Origin: an uncultured Candidatus Binatia bacterium
GTDB lineage: Bacteria > Desulfobacterota > Binatia > UBA9968 > JAJDTQ01
Direction of reading: 5' to 3'
Length of the DNA stretch: 64,000 nt
Assembly (NCBI GenBank): GCA_965213675.1
Contig: OZ243916.1
Coordinates: 2,144,001-2,208,000 of the forward strand
Below the pieces are notes generated by a model that did not search any database, was not told the origin of the DNA, and saw only the letters and a program-made list of their open reading frames with translations. Position numbers and translations under genes: made by a program. Shown piece after piece: positions 46,607 through 56,517 of the stretch (the stretch's first letter is position 1; each line of letters starts with the position of its first letter).

Positions 46607-48204
46607 GACATTGTCTTGGCCCGTCTACGTTTTTCTGAAGTAATGGTGTGGCTGGAGCATGCCGCTTTGTCAGCCTTGATTCGTTCGAGCAACACAGAAG
46701 CAGGCTCATCGTTGGGATCCTGCGGGACGAGTCGACCTGCAAAGGCTTCATTCAAGATGGACTGACGTAGCAACACCGCTCGCTCCAAGGCAGCGATGAT
46801 CTCTCGCTCGCTCTCCTGAAGGAACTTGAACTTGTCCTCCAACAACAGAACGACTTCATGCTGTTCAAGGGGGGAACAAATAGGTAGGGCAAGCTGGGCA
46901 AACTTGTTTGCACTCAGGTGATTGATCCCAACACCGCCCGCGACTCGCGCAAATTTCCCACTCAAGTAATAAAAGCGGTAGAGCCACAGGAGATAGGCCG
47001 CATGCTCTCCGCAATAGGGTCGGTGTCGGATCACTGTATTTTGGAAACAGCAATTCGGAATCTGACCGTCCCAAATCGCCGGTTTACCGACCTGCGCTGC
47101 GCTTCCTGATGCTTCGGACAGCACCAAATCCCTCTTTTCCAGTCGATAAGTGTTCAATTCGTGGGGAGCAAATTCCATATCGAGGACGTCGTCCAACTCC
47201 AACCCCTGCTCCGTGATATTTGCTGCTCGAATATATTTTGTTGGGTAACTCTTTGACCTGTTCCTTGGAGATCGCTGACGACCGAGTTGAATGGCGCCTA
47301 CAACCTCGGCGGATAGCCATTGCCAACTACTGGGTAGTTTTTCCAATAGTCCCATCTCTTCTTCTGCAAACGCTGGCACCTGTTTTACGCCTCTCGGTTT
47401 GTTTGGCTTCTTTCCCTCCTTCCCATTGGCTTCCCACCGTCGAAGTGCGGTCTTCCAATCGGTGAGTTGTTGACCGTGCCGTGCTTCGCGCTCCCGCTTG
47501 ATGTGGATCAACAATTCCTCGGGCGTCTCGAGCTTATCCTTGTTCTCTTCGCGCCATTGCGCCGTGAGCTTGCCTTCGAAGGCGTGCTTCAGGACAGCTT
47601 GTCGATAGACTTCAAGGTGCCTGCGCGCCGTCTTCAGGCTCTCGATGCCCTTGTCGAGTTCCGAGAAGAGTTCTTCGATCTTGGCCACGATGCGGTGCTG
47701 CTCGTAGCGGGGGGCAAGTGGAACGGTTACTTTAGCAAGATTCCTGCGAGAAACTCTTTTTCGTGTTGACCCGGAGCTATGCGTTTCAATATCGGTTCGT
47801 GTGCGAGCACTATTGATGGCGTACATAACGTATTTGGGGTCGATCACCGAAGTACCTAGACGAACCACACACACGTCAACTACCGTTACGTACTCCTCCT
47901 CCCCATCCAGAGGGAAGATGCAGCAACGCCCGAGCGGCTCCGCCAATCGTGCGACGAGTAGATCTCCCTTAGCCAGAAACGTGCAATTCAAAGCATGGGC
48001 TTTAGCTCTGGTTAGAAATCGGGCGGATTTGTCGAGGAAATTCCCGTCCCCGATGTCCGCCAATTGGACGAGTCGAACGGCCCCGTTGGGATCCTGATCC
48101 TTGGTCTCCACCCAATCGCCGTCGGTGAAGAGTCCATCAGACGCAACCAACTCACCAATGCTGGCATCCACCCAAGCGGAATGTGCCGCGCCGTCGTCCC
48201 TCAT
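46603..48204 (-). CDS. hsdS: Type I RM specificity subunit
   Basis: Two low-GC TRDs; conserved PLAP..EQHRIVAKIEELFSELD, AVLKHAFEGKLT, SILNEAFAGRLVPQDPNDEPASVLLERI. Confidence 0.93.
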   Translation of the reverse strand: MRDDGAAHSAWVDASIGELVASDGLFTDGDWVETKDQDPNGAVRLVQLADIGDGNFLDKSARFLTRAKAHALNCTFLAKGDLLVARLAEPLGRCCIFPLDGEEEYVTVVDVCVVRLGTSVIDPKYVMYAINSARTRTDIETHSSGSTRKRVSRRNLAKVTVPLAPRYEQHRIVAKIEELFSELDKGIESLKTARRHLEVYRQAVLKHAFEGKLTAQWREENKDKLETPEELLIHIKREREARHGQQLTDWKTALRRWEANGKEGKKPNKPRGVKQVPAFAEEEMGLLEKLPSSWQWLSAEVVGAIQLGRQRSPRNRSKSYPTKYIRAANITEQGLELDDVLDMEFAPHELNTYRLEKRDLVLSEASGSAAQVGKPAIWDGQIPNCCFQNTVIRHRPYCGEHAAYLLWLYRFYYLSGKFARVAGGVGINHLSANKFAQLALPICSPLEQHEVVLLLEDKFKFLQESEREIIAALERAVLLRQSILNEAFAGRLVPQDPNDEPASVLLERIKADKAACSSHTITSEKRRRAKTMS

Positions 48205-50966
48205 CCCGCCAACGCCTCATTCAACTCATCAATCACGCCGTCCATCCGGTCGCCAAACAACCGGTACATCCGCCCCAACCCGCCCTTGCCGTCGAACGGC
48301 GCCATGTCCAGGTCGCCGGGTTCCAGGTGAAAGGACTGGCTGATGTGGTCCCGGATCATGCGGAGCCACTCCATCTGCTCTTCGTTGAACTTCTCACCGC
48401 CGCCGCTGTGGTGGGTCATGATCCAGTTCTGGAAATTGCGGCGCACGGTTTCGGCGTAGGGCGACAGGGTCGCGTCGATGCCGCACACCCTGCGGATCAG
48501 TGCGACCAGCGCCGTGAGCTCGCTGGCCGGTTGGCCGCCCTTGTATTCATCCAGCAGGGCGTAGGCCTGCCACACCCGCAAGGGGGACAACAAGGGTCGA
48601 TCGCTCTTGAGCCTGTCGAACACCTCCCGGATCATGGCGTAGGTCAGCTCCCGGCGGCGATGCGGCTGGTCGTAGAAGATCGTGAGGGCTTCGATCTCGT
48701 CGCGGTGAGCTTCCATGTAGCTATGGAAGTCCTGCACCATAGACTCGGCGTTCTCTTCGGCGTCGCCCTCCCATTCGGCGCGGAGGACAGTGTCCAGGCT
48801 TTCGTGGTCGATGGTCTGTTCCTTGTCGCGGCGGATGGAGTCGATCAGCTCGATCAACTCCCCGTTGAAGACGGCCGCGGCGTCGCCGACCAAGTGTTCC
48901 CGCGCCTTGTCGTACGCCACGGGCGACGGCCTCATGCCTTCAGACACGGGCTCCATCTCGCGCGCCTTCTCGTCGATGCGGTCCGGATCAATGGCGGCCA
49001 GCAGATTGCCGACGATCTTCGTCAGTTCGGCACCCCCGGCCTTCGCCTTGATCCGTTCCTTCTCGGCGGAGTCGAGCTGTTGATCGAGCCGGGCGAGGCG
49101 GCCGGCCAGGGACGCCACCGTGTCCTCGTCGCGCGCTCCCATCATCACGCCCATGGCGAGATCCTTGAGCGGCACGGAAGGCTTGGTGATGAGCGGCCCG
49201 CTGGCGGTCTTGAGCGACTTCGTGACCCCCACGGCGTCCACGATCACGTAGTGGGTCTTGGCGGTGAGAGCCGACGGCGTGACCTTCCTGAGATCGTCGT
49301 GGCCGAGGGTGCGGGTGCCGCGACCCTTCATCTGCTCGAAGTAGTTGCGGCTCCGCACGTCGCGCATGAACAGCAGGCATTCCAGCGGCTTCACGTCGGT
49401 GCCGGTGGCGATCATGTCCACGGTCACGGCAATCCGCGGGTAGTAGTCGTTGCGGAACTGGGCGAGGACGGACCTCGGGTCCTCCTCGACCCGGTACGTG
49501 ATCTTCTTGCAGAACTCGTTGCCCTCGCCGAACTCCTCGCGCACGGTCTGGATGATGTCGTCGGCGTGGCTGTCGGTCTTGGCGAAGACCAGCGTCTTCG
49601 GGACTTCCGTGCGGCCGGGGAATATCTCTGGCAGCTTGTCCCGGAAGGCGCGGACGACGGTGCGGATCTGGTCCGGGTTCACCACGCTGCGGTCGAGCTG
49701 GTTGGCGGCATAGGTGGTGTCCTCGTCCTGTACCGCCCAGCGGCTCCGGCGCGTCAGGCGCTCGCGCTTCTCGATCTGCTGGTTGGCCCTGAGTTGGCCG
49801 CCGTGGCGGGTCCTCTCCGTGTCGATGGCATATATTTCGTTGCCCACGTTGACGCCGTCGGCCACGGCCTGCTCGTGGTCGTATTCGCTGACGACGTTGG
49901 TCCTGAAGAACCCGTAGGTGCGACTGTCCGGCGTGGCGGTGAGGCCGATGAGATAGGCGTCGAAGTATTCCAGGACCTGGCGCCACAAGTTGTAGATCGA
50001 CCGGTGGCACTCGTCGATGATGACGAAGTCGAAGAACTCCGGCGGAATCCTGTCGTTGTAGACCACCGGCATGGGTTGTCTGGGCTGGACTAGTTCCTCC
50101 GGATTGATATTCTCCGCGGACTCGTCCATCTCCTGGCCCTTGAGGAGCGAGTACACGCGCTGGATGGTGCTGATGCAGACCTGGCTGTCCCCCGCGACGT
50201 AGGACGACCTGAGCCGCTGCACGTTGTAGAGCTCGGTGAACTTGCGGTTGTCGTCGCCGGGCAGGTAGGCCATGAACTCCTGCTCGGCCTGTTCGCCCAA
50301 GTTCCTGGTATCCACCAGGAAAAGAACCCGCTTGGCGTCGGCGTGCTTGAGAAGCCGGTAGATCGACGTGATGGCGGTGTATGTCTTGCCGGAGCCCGTG
50401 GCCATCTGGATCAGGGCACGCGGGCGGTCGTCCTTGAAGGATTCCTCCAGCTTCTCGATGGCGTTGACTTGGCACGCCCGCAGGCCGGCCGGGGCCAACT
50501 CCGGAAGCCCCTGGAGCCGCTTGCGGAGCGAGGCCGGCTGAGCGCGCCAGTCCTGTACGGTCTCCGGCCGGGGAAAGCCGAACACTTCGCGGGATCGGGG
50601 CTTGGGATCGCGCCCATCGGTGAAGCGGGTCAATACGCCGGTGGACTCGTAGACGAAAGGCAGCGGCTCCTCGTTGTTGAACCAGTTCAACTTCGCAGCG
50701 GCATAGGCGGAAGACTGCTCCTCGACGATGGTGATCTTCTCGCCCCATACTGCCGGTTTGGCCTCGACCACCCCCACCGGCTTCTTGTCGACGAAGAGAA
50801 CGTAGTCGGCCGGGCCGACGTCGGTCTGATACTCGCGAACGGCGACCCCAAGGCCAGCGCTGAAGTCAATCTTCTTCTTGTCCTGAACGACCCATCCCGA
50901 CTGGGACAGTATCGCATCGATCCTGTCCCGGGCAGTCTGTTCGCGGGTTTGGTTGGGGCTTGCCAT
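48201..50966 (-). CDS. hsdR: Type I RM restriction subunit (EcoEI/EcoAI-like C-terminus)
   Basis: Nuclease ADY...VEAK, ATGSGKT, DECHRS, TATP, VDMIATGTD, QMKGRG. Confidence 0.93.
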   Translation of the reverse strand: MASPNQTREQTARDRIDAILSQSGWVVQDKKKIDFSAGLGVAVREYQTDVGPADYVLFVDKKPVGVVEAKPAVWGEKITIVEEQSSAYAAAKLNWFNNEEPLPFVYESTGVLTRFTDGRDPKPRSREVFGFPRPETVQDWRAQPASLRKRLQGLPELAPAGLRACQVNAIEKLEESFKDDRPRALIQMATGSGKTYTAITSIYRLLKHADAKRVLFLVDTRNLGEQAEQEFMAYLPGDDNRKFTELYNVQRLRSSYVAGDSQVCISTIQRVYSLLKGQEMDESAENINPEELVQPRQPMPVVYNDRIPPEFFDFVIIDECHRSIYNLWRQVLEYFDAYLIGLTATPDSRTYGFFRTNVVSEYDHEQAVADGVNVGNEIYAIDTERTRHGGQLRANQQIEKRERLTRRSRWAVQDEDTTYAANQLDRSVVNPDQIRTVVRAFRDKLPEIFPGRTEVPKTLVFAKTDSHADDIIQTVREEFGEGNEFCKKITYRVEEDPRSVLAQFRNDYYPRIAVTVDMIATGTDVKPLECLLFMRDVRSRNYFEQMKGRGTRTLGHDDLRKVTPSALTAKTHYVIVDAVGVTKSLKTASGPLITKPSVPLKDLAMGVMMGARDEDTVASLAGRLARLDQQLDSAEKERIKAKAGGAELTKIVGNLLAAIDPDRIDEKAREMEPVSEGMRPSPVAYDKAREHLVGDAAAVFNGELIELIDSIRRDKEQTIDHESLDTVLRAEWEGDAEENAESMVQDFHSYMEAHRDEIEALTIFYDQPHRRRELTYAMIREVFDRLKSDRPLLSPLRVWQAYALLDEYKGGQPASELTALVALIRRVCGIDATLSPYAETVRRNFQNWIMTHHSGGGEKFNEEQMEWLRMIRDHISQSFHLEPGDLDMAPFDGKGGLGRMYRLFGDRMDGVIDELNEALAG

Positions 50967-50972
50967 TGCCGC

Positions 50973-52439
50973 TCAATCGCCGGTGGTCTCTTGCCGGGGC
51001 TGTTCCTGAAGCTGCCAATCGCTGGTGTAGTAGGCCTTCAAGTCTCCACTCCCGCCATTCTCTCGATAGTAGATGATCGCTTGTTTCTGCCCGACATCGT
51101 CCTGTGAGGCAAGGTCGTCCAACAGTTCTGAAATATGAGACCGCAACGTTACGAGACTGCGCTCCGGACCTGACTGAATCCTGTCCATCTCCGCCTCTTT
51201 TTCCACGCGCGCCCCCCGCCAAGAAACGTTCCTTTTCCACCACCCCATGCCGTCGACAGAATTCTGCAGATCCTCGCGGTATTCTTCGATCGCGTCATTC
51301 TCCAAGAGTTCTCTGAAAGACTTTTCGTAGTCGTTTATCCGTGAATTTAACGCGGAGAACCTTCTGTAAGCATCATCCGGATTGTCCTGAAGAGCCAGCT
51401 TCGACCGGAGATGGTCGATCTGGATATCCGCGAGACTTGCTGCCGTGAACAACTCGATATCGGACAGGGCAAGATTGGCCTCGAGCTCGGATCCAACAGG
51501 CCTCTTCAAAAGAAAAGCGTACTTCTGACGCAGGACGTTCAGATCTCTTTCCGCCAGTGCCAGGCGGGTCCTCATATCATCCGTGAAACGCCGGCATCCG
51601 TCGAACTCTTCGGAAACATCCCGCAGTCGTCCCAACGCGCTGGCAAGAGCAGCGTAGTCATCTGCGGTGTGACGGACGAGCAATTGCTCCACCACCTTCG
51701 CCAATTGGTCCAGAGAACCTTGAATCTGGTCCAGGCGAGCACAAGTCATCATTGACGATAGCGTCGTGAAGAGCATGACAGGCACGACAACCGGCAGAAT
51801 GGCACCACTTGCCGCAACGAACGGCGCTTGTGCGATAATCCCTCCCGGCCCCATCACGGCCGAACCGACACCGGTGCCGATTTGCATCAAGGTAGCGGGG
51901 TTGGCCGTCGCCAGGAAGACGTTGCCCGCGAGCAGGGCAGATGTCGCGGCGGCCCCAGCGCCGGCAATCGGTAGACAAGCCGTATCCAGTATCCCCCCGG
52001 ATCGAAAGGGTTCCCCGCGCGCAAGGATATTCTTGTCTATTTGACGTCTCAATACACGGCTCAAGTCTGTACCGAAGTCAATGACGCCGAGTTTTTGTCC
52101 TTCGAATTCTATAATCTGTCCCTCTGGATGCCCCGGTACTCCGTCATCCCGGACCACGGCGACACCAGCCTCCTCGGTCGATCTTTCCGTATCCGTAGCC
52201 GATCCTTCCGTATCCGCGACCGAGGCGGCCCTGCGTCTGGCCACGGTCCAGACACCTATCGCAAGGGCCAAAGACAAGACCGCGAGCGATGCAACCTGTT
52301 GCCCGGTGAAACCGAGCACAAGACCCGAAAGGATGGCGAGGACAGCGACGATTACGATGGCGGCCAGCATGGCTCCGTCCACACCAGCACCCAACCTGCT
52401 TGCCCGGAATCCTCCCCCTGAACGCCGTTTTTCCGCCAT
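50973..52439 (-). CDS. Hypothetical membrane protein: 2 N-terminal TM helices, Gly/Ala-rich hydrophobic segment, coiled coil
   Basis: GGAGGT RBS and TGATG coupling to the RES gene; hydrophobic stretches visible; lower GC. Confidence 0.75.
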   Translation of the reverse strand: MAEKRRSGGGFRASRLGAGVDGAMLAAIVIVAVLAILSGLVLGFTGQQVASLAVLSLALAIGVWTVARRRAASVADTEGSATDTERSTEEAGVAVVRDDGVPGHPEGQIIEFEGQKLGVIDFGTDLSRVLRRQIDKNILARGEPFRSGGILDTACLPIAGAGAAATSALLAGNVFLATANPATLMQIGTGVGSAVMGPGGIIAQAPFVAASGAILPVVVPVMLFTTLSSMMTCARLDQIQGSLDQLAKVVEQLLVRHTADDYAALASALGRLRDVSEEFDGCRRFTDDMRTRLALAERDLNVLRQKYAFLLKRPVGSELEANLALSDIELFTAASLADIQIDHLRSKLALQDNPDDAYRRFSALNSRINDYEKSFRELLENDAIEEYREDLQNSVDGMGWWKRNVSWRGARVEKEAEMDRIQSGPERSLVTLRSHISELLDDLASQDDVGQKQAIIYYRENGGSGDLKAYYTSDWQLQEQPRQETTGD

Positions 52440-53152
52440 CACGACACCTCCGACCTTGATATCTCCACTTCCGCCGACCCCGCCCACCGGAATACCCAAG
52501 CCTCGCCTTCGCGGACGTTTTGCACAAGAATGGGCCGGAATGCCGCCAGGCACTTCCCGCCTTCGTAGCGGGCGGATGGGTACAGCACACCGTTCCCGCC
52601 AACCGCCAGGATGTCCCGGGCCAGCGCCTGCCCCGCGGGATAGGCTTCGGCCGGGTCCTCACTGAATACGGCCTCCCCCGTCCTCTCGCCGAGATCATGG
52701 AACCGGCTCACGAAGCCGGCCAGAAGCTCCCGGAATTCTGTGATGTTCTCGTAGATGCCGGTGGCGCGAAGCTCGCGCGTGAGGTGCCACGCAACCTCGG
52801 CCTTGGCCGTGTCCGTCGCGTTGTTCCCGTACGACGCATACCACGCGCCGCGTTCGGGGCCGTTGAACCGGTTGCCCATGGGGCGCGTGTGGCAGAACGC
52901 CGCGTTCACGTGGTTCCAGCCGTCCCCGTCGGCCTTCGTCAGCAATTCTCCCGGTTGGATGCCGGCGGGGACTGTCCATGAAAATGGCGTCATGGATGAC
53001 GTGAGCCCTTCGATCTCTTCCAGAATAGCGCGCTCGGCCGGATCGTCCGCGAGCAGCGCCATGACCGGCTGGTCCACGTAGCCGGCCGTGACCAGGCGAA
53101 CGGTGGCCGGCTCGACGACCTCACGGACCGGGAGGTCCGCGGCGCGGATCAC
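52439..53152 (-). CDS. RES-domain toxin (NAD+ phosphorylase family)
   Basis: NRFN...GAWYA, AEVAWH, Y..GQALA, GVLYPSAR...CLA.F. Confidence 0.9.
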   Translation of the reverse strand: MIRAADLPVREVVEPATVRLVTAGYVDQPVMALLADDPAERAILEEIEGLTSSMTPFSWTVPAGIQPGELLTKADGDGWNHVNAAFCHTRPMGNRFNGPERGAWYASYGNNATDTAKAEVAWHLTRELRATGIYENITEFRELLAGFVSRFHDLGERTGEAVFSEDPAEAYPAGQALARDILAVGGNGVLYPSARYEGGKCLAAFRPILVQNVREGEAWVFRWAGSAEVEISRSEVS

Positions 53153-53574
53153 GCTCCGCTCCGGAGCGCGTCGATGTGCTGCCGGGCTCGCATCATGGCG
53201 GGGATGCCGCCGGCGCTCATGACCTCGAGCGGGGTCTTGCCGTCAAAACCAAGGCCGGTGTTGGGAGCCTTGGGCCAGCCAAAGGCCAGCGGTCCGTTGA
53301 AGAGCGATGCAAGCCCGTTGAACAATCCGATGATCAGGCTCGCGCGAGTCAACTTGTCCTGGTCGAGGATGCCCCTGTAGCTGCCGGCCTTCATGCGGCT
53401 CCAGGTGGCCGTGGGCACGTCGAACAGCGCGGCGCCCTCGGTATTGGTCAAACCCCAGGCATCGGCCGCGCGCACCACGGCCTTGACGATGACCGCGACC
53501 CTGTCACGGTCCCCGAGGGGCATGAGGAGTCTGTCTCGGGGAATATCTCGAAGTTCTCGAAGTGGACGCGCCAT
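53149..53574 (-). CDS. Xre/MbcA/ParS-type antitoxin
   Basis: WGLT..EGAALF...TWSR HTH; W...PN....F.G.TPL..M..GG....RQHIDALR; GTGA overlap with RES. Confidence 0.88.
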   Translation of the reverse strand: MARPLRELRDIPRDRLLMPLGDRDRVAVIVKAVVRAADAWGLTNTEGAALFDVPTATWSRMKAGSYRGILDQDKLTRASLIIGLFNGLASLFNGPLAFGWPKAPNTGLGFDGKTPLEVMSAGGIPAMMRARQHIDALRSGA

Positions 53575-53593
53575 TCTCCAGCTCTCTTGTTGG

Positions 53594-53626
53594 ATCATAT
53601 GATGATTAATAAAGTATCATATGATA
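53594..53626. promoter_or_regulatory. Tandem palindromic operators of the Xre-RES operon
   Basis: ATCATATGAT at 53594-53603 and at 53616-53625, 22 bp apart. Confidence 0.7.
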
Positions 53627-53774
53627 GACACGGCGTCAATCCTTCAACAGACCCACTCCAAACTGTTTGATTGCGTTGGGAGTGCCGCGTGGCATAGTAT
53701 GCGCGCCTGATCGAGGGCATGCCCACGGCAGGGGTCATGGGCCTTACTGTCGAGTTCAAACAAAGGAGGAGAAC

Positions 53775-54206
53775 ATGGCTTATTCCGGAGGGTGCGACCA
53801 CGTCAAGACTCACTCTGACAACGATCCGATCGACGTCCACACCTGTCACTGCTCCGTATGCAAGCGCGTCACCGGACAACCCACGACCCATGTCGCGTTC
53901 TTCGCACACGCTGACATCGTCGTCGACAAACTCGATGGCCTGAACCGCCAGCCGTTCAACGATCAGAACCCGGATGGTCCTCTGGAACTGTGTGCCTGCA
54001 CGGACTGCGGCACGCCTATCATGCTCGATGACAAGATGGGGCGCATTCGCGCAATCGCACCGAACCTGATGGGCTTTGACCCGGACAGCATGCCGGCGAC
54101 CTATCACGCCTTCTACGATCCGGCCACCGGTGTCCCGCGACCGGACGACGGCCGCCCGGTTCATGAAGGGCTTCGCCCGGACTTCGTCTGGCCCGACCCG
54201 TCCTGA
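53775..54206 (+). CDS. GFA / CENP-V family zinc protein
   Basis: YSGGC, CHCSVCKR.TG, CTDCGTP; AGGAGG RBS. Confidence 0.85.
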   Translation: MAYSGGCDHVKTHSDNDPIDVHTCHCSVCKRVTGQPTTHVAFFAHADIVVDKLDGLNRQPFNDQNPDGPLELCACTDCGTPIMLDDKMGRIRAIAPNLMGFDPDSMPATYHAFYDPATGVPRPDDGRPVHEGLRPDFVWPDPS

Positions 54207-54237
54207 AGCAAACCCCCTTTCCGCGGCGCCACAGACG

Positions 54238-54273
54238 GCAAGACCCCGACGGGTTCTCCCATCGGGGTCTTGC
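54238..54273. terminator. Strong hairpin between the GFA gene and the tRNA 3' flank
   Basis: GCAAGACCCCGA...TCGGGGTCTTGC 12-bp stem. Confidence 0.6.
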
Positions 54274-54545
54274 GCCAACCGGAAAGAAACGTCCGGTCGA
54301 TCAAGCGTTGGGTTCAGGCGTTTCAGCCGATGACCCGCTCCACCGGCACGGTATACGCGAACGCATGAAAGCTGGGTTCGCCGGGAGGATCGACCTCGGG
54401 ACAGACGTTGGAACGCGCGACGGGGTTCTCCTCGTTCTTGAAAATGCCCCAGCGTTCGAGGGTCCCCACATAGGAGTCTGCGGCGCAGGCTCCGAGGACA
54501 ACTACGCATTTCGCACGGCGTGTGGGGGTCGGTGGGGGTGGGAGT

Positions 54546-54621
<76 letters not shown>

Positions 54622-54715
54622 ACGACTCGCGAAAATCTAGCACAGGACCTGCTTGATTTCCAGGCCGAGCAAATCCCAGGGGCTTGAGTTCGTCCTTCCC
54701 GTCACCACCCCGCGC

Positions 54716-55048
54716 CTACCTCGGATCGATCACTTGGTCGAGGTAGATCCATAGCACGCGCGAGTAGCGGAACAGGAACGGGGAGGCAACGACGAGGAAC
54801 AGGCATGAAACGATGTAGATGGAGGCGGCGGTGAAGCCGAGGAGCAGCATGGCGGCGATGATGGGAAGCACTGCGGCGATGGCCAAGGCGTAGCTGAAGT
54901 ACATGGCGCCGACGAAGTAGCCTTGCTCGCGCTCGAACACAAGGCCGCAGACCGGGCACTGCCGGTTCATCTTAAAGATGCCGGCGAAGATGGCGCCGTC
55001 GACGCAGCGGGGACAACGTTCCCGGATGATGGCGAACAGCTTGTTCAC
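54716..55048 (-). CDS. DUF983-family small membrane protein
   Basis: RCPRC...CPVCG...EREQGYFVGAMY, two TM segments. Confidence 0.8.
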   Translation of the reverse strand: MNKLFAIIRERCPRCVDGAIFAGIFKMNRQCPVCGLVFEREQGYFVGAMYFSYALAIAAVLPIIAAMLLLGFTAASIYIVSCLFLVVASPFLFRYSRVLWIYLDQVIDPR

Positions 55049-55124
55049 GCGCGCTCACCTGAATGGCCGGCTTGTCGAACCAAGGCCTGCCGTGCCCCTT
55101 GTCGCGCTTGTCGCGTTTCACCGG

Positions 55125-56255
55125 TCATGGCGTCGGTTGCCTCTTTGACGGCCCTTCGCACAACTCGCGGTGGGTTGCGGCGGTGCGGGCAGCCGCGCCG
55201 TCGGGTGCGGCGGCGGCCGGTGGCGGCAGCGTGTCGAACGGATCTTCGGCCTCCCTCGCCGCGGCACGCACCCTCTCGATGACGCGGGGCAGGTCTTTGC
55301 CTTCCCGTTGGTATAGTTCCTCGAATCTCGCCAGGTCGGTGACGTAGATCAGGCTCTGCAAGACCACGGCATTGTTCAGTCCGTGCCGGCTGAATGACGT
55401 ATAGCGGCGCTTGGGTGTCCCCGCGCCCGAATCAGCCCAGCGCCGCCGGCTTTCGGCGAACACCCGCTCACGGCGGCGCAGCTTCCCGGCCTCGGGTATC
55501 GGTTCGGCGTAGAGCGCCCGCAGGCACCGTGTCAGCTCCATCAGCGCGCCAGAGAACTCGATCTCTTCCCGCCATCGCCGGCGGGCAGTCCTGGCTTCGG
55601 AACTCTCCGGACCATGGCGACGCGTGAAAAATTCAATGGCGCCGCGCTTGCCGACGAAGTTGGCAAGGCTTTCGTTGAAGGCCACCGAGCCGGGGATAAA
55701 CAGGGTGTTGTGCAGCAACTCGTGCAACACCGTGTCCGCCAGGCTCACCTGATCACGCTTCAACAGGCGCCCGAGGAGGGGGTCGTCGAACCAGCCCAGG
55801 GTGCTGAAGGCTCCGGCCGGACGGATGTAGATGTCGTGTCCCTGAGCCTTCAAGCGATCACCTTCCCCGCGGGCGTCGTTCCCGTCGAAGAACCCCTTGT
55901 AAGGGATGCGCCCAACGAACGGGAACCACCAGGTGTAGGGCTCGAAGGATGTCTTGGGCACGGCGGACAGAACGTGCAGCAGCACCGGACGGTCCACCTT
56001 CGAATAGGCTGAGTAGCTGCCGCCGACGTCCAGTTGCAACTCGTCCGCGGCAAAGTCCCGCAACTCCAGCACCATCTCGAGCTTGCGCCGCGCGTCCGGC
56101 GCCACGCCGTCCCCGGCCAGCACCGTGGTGATGGGCGTCCGGCGCCACAGGATGCGTCCCTCTTCGTAGGCCGCGCGGATGTAGTATCCCGGCGCGCAGC
56201 CGCCGAGAAACAGCAACAGGAAGGCGCCTATGACGCGCGTGAACGTTGTCGCCAT
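55125..56255 (-). CDS. Putative zinc aminopeptidase lipoprotein
   Basis: LGGC lipobox; PYKGFF, FSTLGWFDDP, HELLH, FNESLANFVG, LNNA. Confidence 0.88.
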   Translation of the reverse strand: MATTFTRVIGAFLLLFLGGCAPGYYIRAAYEEGRILWRRTPITTVLAGDGVAPDARRKLEMVLELRDFAADELQLDVGGSYSAYSKVDRPVLLHVLSAVPKTSFEPYTWWFPFVGRIPYKGFFDGNDARGEGDRLKAQGHDIYIRPAGAFSTLGWFDDPLLGRLLKRDQVSLADTVLHELLHNTLFIPGSVAFNESLANFVGKRGAIEFFTRRHGPESSEARTARRRWREEIEFSGALMELTRCLRALYAEPIPEAGKLRRRERVFAESRRRWADSGAGTPKRRYTSFSRHGLNNAVVLQSLIYVTDLARFEELYQREGKDLPRVIERVRAAAREAEDPFDTLPPPAAAAPDGAAARTAATHRELCEGPSKRQPTP

Positions 56256-56407
56256 GTCGCTGGAATCCCTGGTTCATCCGGTCTTGATTTGAAACGTCAA
56301 GATTCCTGGAGACGTCCGGATTCCTGGACTCGACGGTCTGAGGCATAGCCTCTCGGATGTCGCCTGTGTCGCGTTACCCGTCATTCTTTACCCCAATGTT
56401 GCAAAAG

Positions 56408-56517
56408 AGTTCGTGGAGAGCGACTCGAAACACGAGCTACGAAGCGTCACTCCCACGAAAAAAGTTCGTGGAGAGCAATTCAAAATACGACCTACGAAAC
56501 GTCATTCCCGCGAAAGC
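56408..56517. repeat. 55-bp degenerate direct duplication that includes the REP left end
   Basis: AGTTCGTGGAGAGC at 56408 and 56463; CGTCACTCCCACGAAA (56445) versus CGTCATTCCCGCGAAA (56500). Confidence 0.8.
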
